Assembly: GCA_012842545.1 (NCBI GenBank)
Contig: DUSQ01000035.1
Span: 617 to 64,616, forward strand
Source: Coprothermobacter sp.
Lineage (GTDB): Bacteria; Coprothermobacterota; Coprothermobacteria; Coprothermobacterales; Coprothermobacteraceae
Direction: 5' to 3'
Length of the DNA stretch: 64,000 nucleotides
Shown: piece by piece, positions 58,794-64,000 of the stretch
Layout of the letters: each line of letters begins with the position of its first letter
Position numbering within the stretch: the first letter of the stretch is position 1
Program-made: the position numbers and the translations under genes
The notes under the pieces: model-generated
What the model saw: the letters and a program-made list of their open reading frames with translations, nothing else
The model's database searches: none
Told to the model about the DNA's origin: nothing

Positions 58794-59782
58794 TCCACGG
58801 CCTTCTCGATTTCTGACATCATTTTCTCGGCTTTTGCCTTTTGGTCAATGGAAAAATGTACCAACTTGTCGCTAATCTTTTCAGCATCTTTCAAAAGTGC
58901 GGCTAGCTTTGCTTTTGCCTCAGTTATGTTTTTTGCAAGCAGAGCGTCTTCGGGCAAACCTAAGGCTGCAGCTAACTCTCTTGCATACTCGGTAAGCTTC
59001 ACGTCATAGGGAATGGCAATAAAAGGCAAGCCTGCAATGGTAGCAAGAATTCCCGCATGTAGTCTGCCTACAACAGCTCCTTTGTACTGTTTGAACAAGC
59101 TTATTATCTCCAGCACGCCCAATTCTAATCCGTCTATGAACGTCCCACCCGCAGCGGCAGTCATGGGTAGGTCTTTTCCAGGAAAGAAAATGACCATGTT
59201 GCCATCCACCTGATCCACGTCCAGGTTTTCCCACTTGTGACTTGGAATATAAAGCACTGAATCGAAGACAGGTTTGTACCCAAAATACTGTTCGCCTGCC
59301 ACTGTAAACACAACATCAGCAGCCAAATCACAACACACACCACGACTCTGCAGCCAGTGGTAAGAATACTCATCCCTGACATATTTGCCATCTGCCATAC
59401 GAAACGCTTTTACCGTCAACCTTTCACTTATGCTCCGGTTTATGGGACCTATGCCAATCCCGTAAAGATAAACTTTCTTACCAAAAAGCTTACCCAAGAA
59501 TGGAGCCAAAAAGTAGTAAAACAAACTTTTGAAGCTGGTAGCATCTTGAAAAAGCCCCCCTGGGCCCTCCAGCACCACGTCACTTCTAACCAGTTCTCTA
59601 ACCAACGTGAGTGGCTCAGCTTTCACAGATCTCACGTGAAAGTTCTTCATGGTATTTTCGGGGTTCTTGGACGCAACTGTTATGTGGGCTTTATGCTTTA
59701 ACCTGGGTAATACTATTTCCAGAAAACCTTCATCACCCACATTGAAGCCACCCCAATACCCTACCATTAAGACCTTTTTCAT
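58790..59782 (-). CDS. csaB: Polysaccharide pyruvyl transferase, CsaB-like
   Basis: GYWGGFNVGDE, GGLFQDATS, GIGP, VRD, RLHA and YDVK. Confidence 0.85.
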   Translation of the reverse strand: MKKVLMVGYWGGFNVGDEGFLEIVLPRLKHKAHITVASKNPENTMKNFHVRSVKAEPLTLVRELVRSDVVLEGPGGLFQDATSFKSLFYYFLAPFLGKLFGKKVYLYGIGIGPINRSISERLTVKAFRMADGKYVRDEYSYHWLQSRGVCCDLAADVVFTVAGEQYFGYKPVFDSVLYIPSHKWENLDVDQVDGNMVIFFPGKDLPMTAAAGGTFIDGLELGVLEIISLFKQYKGAVVGRLHAGILATIAGLPFIAIPYDVKLTEYARELAAALGLPEDALLAKNITEAKAKLAALLKDAEKISDKLVHFSIDQKAKAEKMMSEIEKAVE

Positions 59783-60108
59783 CTGTAACCCTGCTTCTTC
59801 CTCCAACTGACTTGCTTCAACATGAAGAGTATATCCGACTCAGAACTGGGAAGAGTAAAGATCTGCCATGGTTTGTAGCCGGCCTCCAAAGCAGCGTCAC
59901 GAAGCTGTTCTGGTACAATAAGGATCGCCTTATCGTGATAAATGATTTTCCCTTTATCCCAGTAGTAAACATCACAGTTTTTCTTTTTAAGTCTACCCAC
60001 CTTTAGCGGAACTTTGAGTTCGTGCAGCCAATCCTTAAGGGCAGCCTTGACTGCAATGACAGGAGCTGCACTCTTATCAATTTCAAGCAATATTGACTGC
60101 TTCTTCAT
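59779..60108 (-). CDS. Hypothetical basic protein (109 aa)
   Basis: Overlaps both murA and csaB ends in operon fashion; no recognised motif. Confidence 0.65.
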   Translation of the reverse strand: MKKQSILLEIDKSAAPVIAVKAALKDWLHELKVPLKVGRLKKKNCDVYYWDKGKIIYHDKAILIVPEQLRDAALEAGYKPWQIFTLPSSESDILFMLKQVSWRKKQGYR

Positions 60109-61369
60109 CGCTTACAAGTTCAACTTTGGCATCCAAAGCTCTTAGTTTTTGATGAATATTAGAATAGCCGCGCATGACATGCTCCATGCCGTAGACCACT
60201 GTTCTGCCTTCCGCAGACAAGCCTGCCACAACCAAAGCAGCACCTGCCCTAAGATTGTTAGCGACAACTGGAGCACCGGTGAGCTTTTCCACACCAGTAA
60301 TGATGGCAGTGTTGCCTTCCACTTCGATGTTTGCTCCCATTTTCCAAAGTTCACTTACGTGTCCCATTCTTCCATCGTAAACAGTTTCGGTTATTACTGA
60401 CCTACCTTCAGCAGTGGCAAGAAGCGACATCATCAGCGGCTGCAAATCAGTGGGAAAACCAGGGAAAGGCATGGTCTTAATTGTTATTCCCTTGGGACGT
60501 GGACTGGGCAGTACCGTAACCTCATGACCATTTGTTACCACAACTTCAATACCAGCTTCTTGCAGTTTGAAAAGCAGTGGTCTAAGGAAGGTAACGTCCA
60601 CGCCATCCACCGTAATTGTGCCTCTTGTAGCTGCCGCAGCTATGGCATATGTTCCAGCTTCAATGCTGTCGCCCGATATTCTAAAGGTGACACCACCTAT
60701 TTCTTTCTTTCCCTTAACACGTATAACCTTGGTTCCAAGGCCATGGATCTTAACACCGCAAGCCATCAAAAACTTTCCCAGTTCAACCACTTGCTGATCC
60801 TGAGCTGCGTTTTCAATGGTTGTTTCACCATTGGCCAAAGCACCTGCAATCATTATATTCTCGGTAGCACCCACACTGGGAAAGTCCAAGTAAACATATG
60901 CACCCTTTAGACCGCCCGGAGCTACCCCCACAATGTTTCCACCCTGAATATCCAGGTCTGCGCCCATCAGGCTCAGACCCTTCAGATGAAGGTCAATGGG
61001 TCTTGTTCCAATATTGCAGCCTCCGGGCATAGGTAGCACCACTTTTCCCAAGCGACCAAGTAATGCCCCCAGGAAAAGCAAAGAACCCCTTATGGCTCCT
61101 GCCCCTGTGTGTGTGAGGTCGTAGTTTTTGATGACTCCAGGCTTTATAGTGAGTCCATTACCCCATGTTACTTTGTACCCAAGAGACCTCAAAATGCCCA
61201 TCATGGTTTTCACGTCGCCGATATCAGGGACATTCGTCAGATACACTTTATCTTCACATAAAGCCGCTGCAGCCAAAATGGCTAAAGCGCTGTTTTTACA
61301 ACCTTGAGCGGTTACTCTACCTTTTAGAGGAGTTCCACCGTCTATTATTAAAACACTCATCTTCTTCAA
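60083..61369 (-). CDS. murA: UDP-GlcNAc enolpyruvyl transferase
   Basis: PGGCNIGTRPIDLH, SVGATEN, PGFPTDLQ and LRAGA. Confidence 0.97.
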   Translation of the reverse strand: MKKMSVLIIDGGTPLKGRVTAQGCKNSALAILAAAALCEDKVYLTNVPDIGDVKTMMGILRSLGYKVTWGNGLTIKPGVIKNYDLTHTGAGAIRGSLLFLGALLGRLGKVVLPMPGGCNIGTRPIDLHLKGLSLMGADLDIQGGNIVGVAPGGLKGAYVYLDFPSVGATENIMIAGALANGETTIENAAQDQQVVELGKFLMACGVKIHGLGTKVIRVKGKKEIGGVTFRISGDSIEAGTYAIAAAATRGTITVDGVDVTFLRPLLFKLQEAGIEVVVTNGHEVTVLPSPRPKGITIKTMPFPGFPTDLQPLMMSLLATAEGRSVITETVYDGRMGHVSELWKMGANIEVEGNTAIITGVEKLTGAPVVANNLRAGAALVVAGLSAEGRTVVYGMEHVMRGYSNIHQKLRALDAKVELVSDEEAVNIA

Positions 61370-62496
61370 AACACCTCCTCGAATCTGGAAACAACAACAT
61401 CACTTAAACCAAAACGGTAAGCCAGATGACTTGCAATCCTCTCAGAAGCTTTACCGTCTCCATAGGGGTTGGGCTGAGACATAACATATTCCCACCACCT
61501 ATTCTGAACCACAAAATGGAAGTATTCTTTTATTTTTTCTGCGTCGGGGCCAGCAAGGAATACAATCTTTCTCGGTATACCTTCGGGTCGCTCGGTCACA
61601 TGCCTAAGGAGAACCACTGGCACGCCAAAATGAGGCCCTTCTTCCTGTATGCCCCCGCTGTCGCTTAGAGCCACTTTTGCCTTAGACAAGAGTCTCAAGA
61701 ACTCATCGTACTCCATCGGATCTGTTAGTTGAACGTTATCCACATCCTGCAAAATACCAAAGACAGTCTTCCTAACGGCGGGGTTCAAGTGCACTGGGAA
61801 TACAAACTTGTAATCAGCAAATTCCAAAGCTAAATCTTTGACAGCATGACAGATTTCTTCCAAAGGTAAACCCCAGTTTTCCCTGCGATGGGCCGTTACC
61901 ACCACCAGGTTTTCCTTGTTGGTGGCTTCTATGCCCCATTTGTTTTGCATAATCATGAGGGCATCAATAACAGTGTTCCCGGTAATCAAATGTTCCCTAT
62001 TGCCCAAGCCCTCACGCTCAAGGTTTTCCCACGAAAGCTGAGTAGGTGGATACAAAACAGTACATAGGTCGTCAGTTAAAAGTCTGTTTGCCTCTTCCGG
62101 ATAAGGATAACTCAGGTCCCCAGTTCGCAAACCAGCTTCCACGTGCCCACAAGGTATTTTGTTGTAAAAGCTTGCCAAGGCACCGCCCAGTGTGGTCGTG
62201 GTATCACCGTGAACCAACACCAAATCGTATTTCCGCTCTTTAAACAAAGAAGACAACCCAGTAACACTCTTTGACAGTACTGATTCTAATGATTGGCTTT
62301 CCTCCATGATCATCAGATCAACCGTAGGTTTTATACCGAAGGGACTGAGTCCTTGATAAAACATTTCTCTATGTTGTCCGGTGGCTATGAAGTCCACTTC
62401 GAATAAATCTCGCAAAGTCAAGTAAACAGGAGCCATTTTTATGGCTTCGGGACGTGTCCCTACCACCAAACCGATCTTTTTCTTCAGCTTACCCAC
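61366..62496 (-). CDS. wecB: Non-hydrolysing UDP-GlcNAc 2-epimerase
   Basis: GTRPEAIKMAP, HGDTTT, HVEAGLR, HRREN, DSGGIQEE and NPYGDG. Confidence 0.95.
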   Translation of the reverse strand: MGKLKKKIGLVVGTRPEAIKMAPVYLTLRDLFEVDFIATGQHREMFYQGLSPFGIKPTVDLMIMEESQSLESVLSKSVTGLSSLFKERKYDLVLVHGDTTTTLGGALASFYNKIPCGHVEAGLRTGDLSYPYPEEANRLLTDDLCTVLYPPTQLSWENLEREGLGNREHLITGNTVIDALMIMQNKWGIEATNKENLVVVTAHRRENWGLPLEEICHAVKDLALEFADYKFVFPVHLNPAVRKTVFGILQDVDNVQLTDPMEYDEFLRLLSKAKVALSDSGGIQEEGPHFGVPVVLLRHVTERPEGIPRKIVFLAGPDAEKIKEYFHFVVQNRWWEYVMSQPNPYGDGKASERIASHLAYRFGLSDVVVSRFEEVF

Positions 62497-63458
62497 CCCA
62501 TCAACAAAAGTGCGATTATACCAAGAACAATTGTAGCACAATACATTAATATGACCACTTGTTTGGGTGTCAATCCCCACTCTAGAAGCTTATGGTGTAA
62601 GTGTTTCCTGTCTGCAGTGAATGGATGCTGTCCCGATGCAAGACGCCTAAACCATGCAGAAAGCGTATCCTCTACAGGCAAGAAGAGTAGAAGCAAAAAA
62701 CCCAAGAATATGATTCCAGCAGTACTCTTGAACGTGCCAACAATGGACAAAATACCCAGTATGAAACCCAGCGTTTGAGCACCGCAATCGCCGATGAAGG
62801 TCTTCGCCTCAGGAAAGTTATAGGGCAAGAATCCTAAAACAGCACCTGCTAATATTAATGCATCCAAGCCCACTGTAAAGATGCCTTTCTTGAAGGTTAT
62901 GATGCTCGCAAAAATCAACACGATGGCACTAATACCTGAAGACAGTCCATTTAGTCCATCTATGAGGTTGATAGCATTTGAGAGAAGTACTAGCCACAAA
63001 ACAGATATGGTCATGGCTAACCACTTGGGAAACACTGCGTAACGGCCTCCCCACAAGGTAACCACACCTATCTTGACGCCCATGAATACTACCGCGGCAG
63101 AAGCGCCTATTTGAACCAGGAATTTTATCCAAGCAGGCAAGTTGTATTTATCATCAAGCAACATGGCAAAGAAAAACAAAAGCACAGTAATTAACACACC
63201 GTAACCAAGAGGCGGTGCGGCGTGCCAAAACAAAAGTTCACCCAAGGTGAAGGCGAGCACCACTGCCAATCCCCCTACCCTGGGTGTGGCATCCTGGTGA
63301 ACCTTACGTTCACTAGGATAATCTAAAAAACCATACTTCCAGGCGAATTTAATACTCAAAGGAGTAAGCACCCAGCTTAGCAGAAAGGTACCTACTCCTG
63401 CCAAGAGCCCGAAAAGGTAGAGCTCACTTTGTGCCGAAAAGTCTATCACCGGCATCAC
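62484..63458 (-). CDS. TagO/WecA-type undecaprenyl-phosphate GlcNAc-1-P transferase
   Basis: RKVH, PRVGG, LDD, NAINLIDGLNGL, FIGDCG and DRKHLHH. Confidence 0.92.
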   Translation of the reverse strand: MMPVIDFSAQSELYLFGLLAGVGTFLLSWVLTPLSIKFAWKYGFLDYPSERKVHQDATPRVGGLAVVLAFTLGELLFWHAAPPLGYGVLITVLLFFFAMLLDDKYNLPAWIKFLVQIGASAAVVFMGVKIGVVTLWGGRYAVFPKWLAMTISVLWLVLLSNAINLIDGLNGLSSGISAIVLIFASIITFKKGIFTVGLDALILAGAVLGFLPYNFPEAKTFIGDCGAQTLGFILGILSIVGTFKSTAGIIFLGFLLLLFLPVEDTLSAWFRRLASGQHPFTADRKHLHHKLLEWGLTPKQVVILMYCATIVLGIIALLLMGWVS

Positions 63459-64000
63459 CTAATCCGGGAAGGATGTAACCTTCCTCGTTCAGCCTTTCGT
63501 CCTCTGCGGCAAGGTAAAGCTCAATGCCATCTCCACAAGAGAGCACATTTTGTATGCCTTCTGGTGCAGCGATTATGGACAGCACCTTTATTTGGGAAAC
63601 CCCTTGCTGTTTGAGAAGATCTATGGTGTATCGGATGGAATTGCCAGTAGCGAGCATTGGGTCAACTATGATGCAGACCATGTCTTCAATACCTGTAGGA
63701 AATTTTGCATAATACTCCACTGGCTTCAACGTTTTATGGTCCCTGTAAAGTCCAACATGCCCCACCTTTGCGTTTGGGATGACTTTAAGCACACCTTCAG
63801 CCATGGTAAGCCCTGCTCTAAGAATGGGTATGATGGCAATCTTCCTACACAGAACAAACCCCGTTGTCTTAGCCAACGGGGTCTCCACCACTTGCTCAGT
63901 GAGCTCCAGGTTTTTAGTAGCCTCGTAAGTGAGGAACATTGCTAATTCCTGTACCAACTCCCTAAACTCTTTAGGTCCTGTGTTCTTATCCCGAAGCAAA
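63424..64000 (-). CDS. upp: Uracil phosphoribosyltransferase (5' end outside the window)
   Basis: PILRAG, DPMLATG and YILPGLGDAGDRLFGTK. Confidence 0.97.
   Translation of the reverse strand, partial: LLRDKNTGPKEFRELVQELAMFLTYEATKNLELTEQVVETPLAKTTGFVLCRKIAIIPILRAGLTMAEGVLKVIPNAKVGHVGLYRDHKTLKPVEYYAKFPTGIEDMVCIIVDPMLATGNSIRYTIDLLKQQGVSQIKVLSIIAAPEGIQNVLSCGDGIELYLAAEDERLNEEGYILPGLGDAGDRLFGTK

Overview
A densely packed, almost entirely housekeeping chromosomal segment from a small-genome anaerobic bacterium. Protein style and gene order recall the thermophilic peptide fermenter Coprothermobacter; that assignment is recollection, not a search result. Nearly all of the ~65 genes lie on the minus strand; lexA, a membrane protein, spoVS and a cupin are the exceptions. 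Contents in order: nucleoside salvage with xerD, a buk-ptb-buk plus 2-oxoacid:ferredoxin oxidoreductase cluster, recN-nadK-dxs-nusB-efp, a pilin-less pilB-pilT-pilC set, a SigB-like sigma factor with a degenerate anti-sigma, aspS/hisS/mfd/pth/rplY/prs/glmU/dcd, twin ferredoxins around rpsT, tRNA-Leu(TAA), the rpsB-tsf-pyrH-frr-cdsA-dxr-rseP-ispG-proS operon, rnj/pnp/rpsO, gap-pgk-tpiA, a compact RpoN, whiA/rapZ, and cell-wall genes. I found no mobile element, CRISPR array or defence system, and no clearly new multi-gene system. The best leads are small-scale. (1) An ATG starts at the very next base after the tRNA CCA. (2) The RsbW-like partner of the SigB-like sigma looks kinase-dead. (3) The sigma-54 is miniaturised. 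(4) A polymerase-less 5'-3' nuclease with a clamp-like motif sits in the polA position. (5) One base appears to convert an ATGA overlap into ACGA at the coaE start. (6) The ferredoxin twins are 90% identical in protein but synonymously saturated. (7) The rpsO leader has alternative folds. Start codons were refined by eye where the ORF track over-extends.
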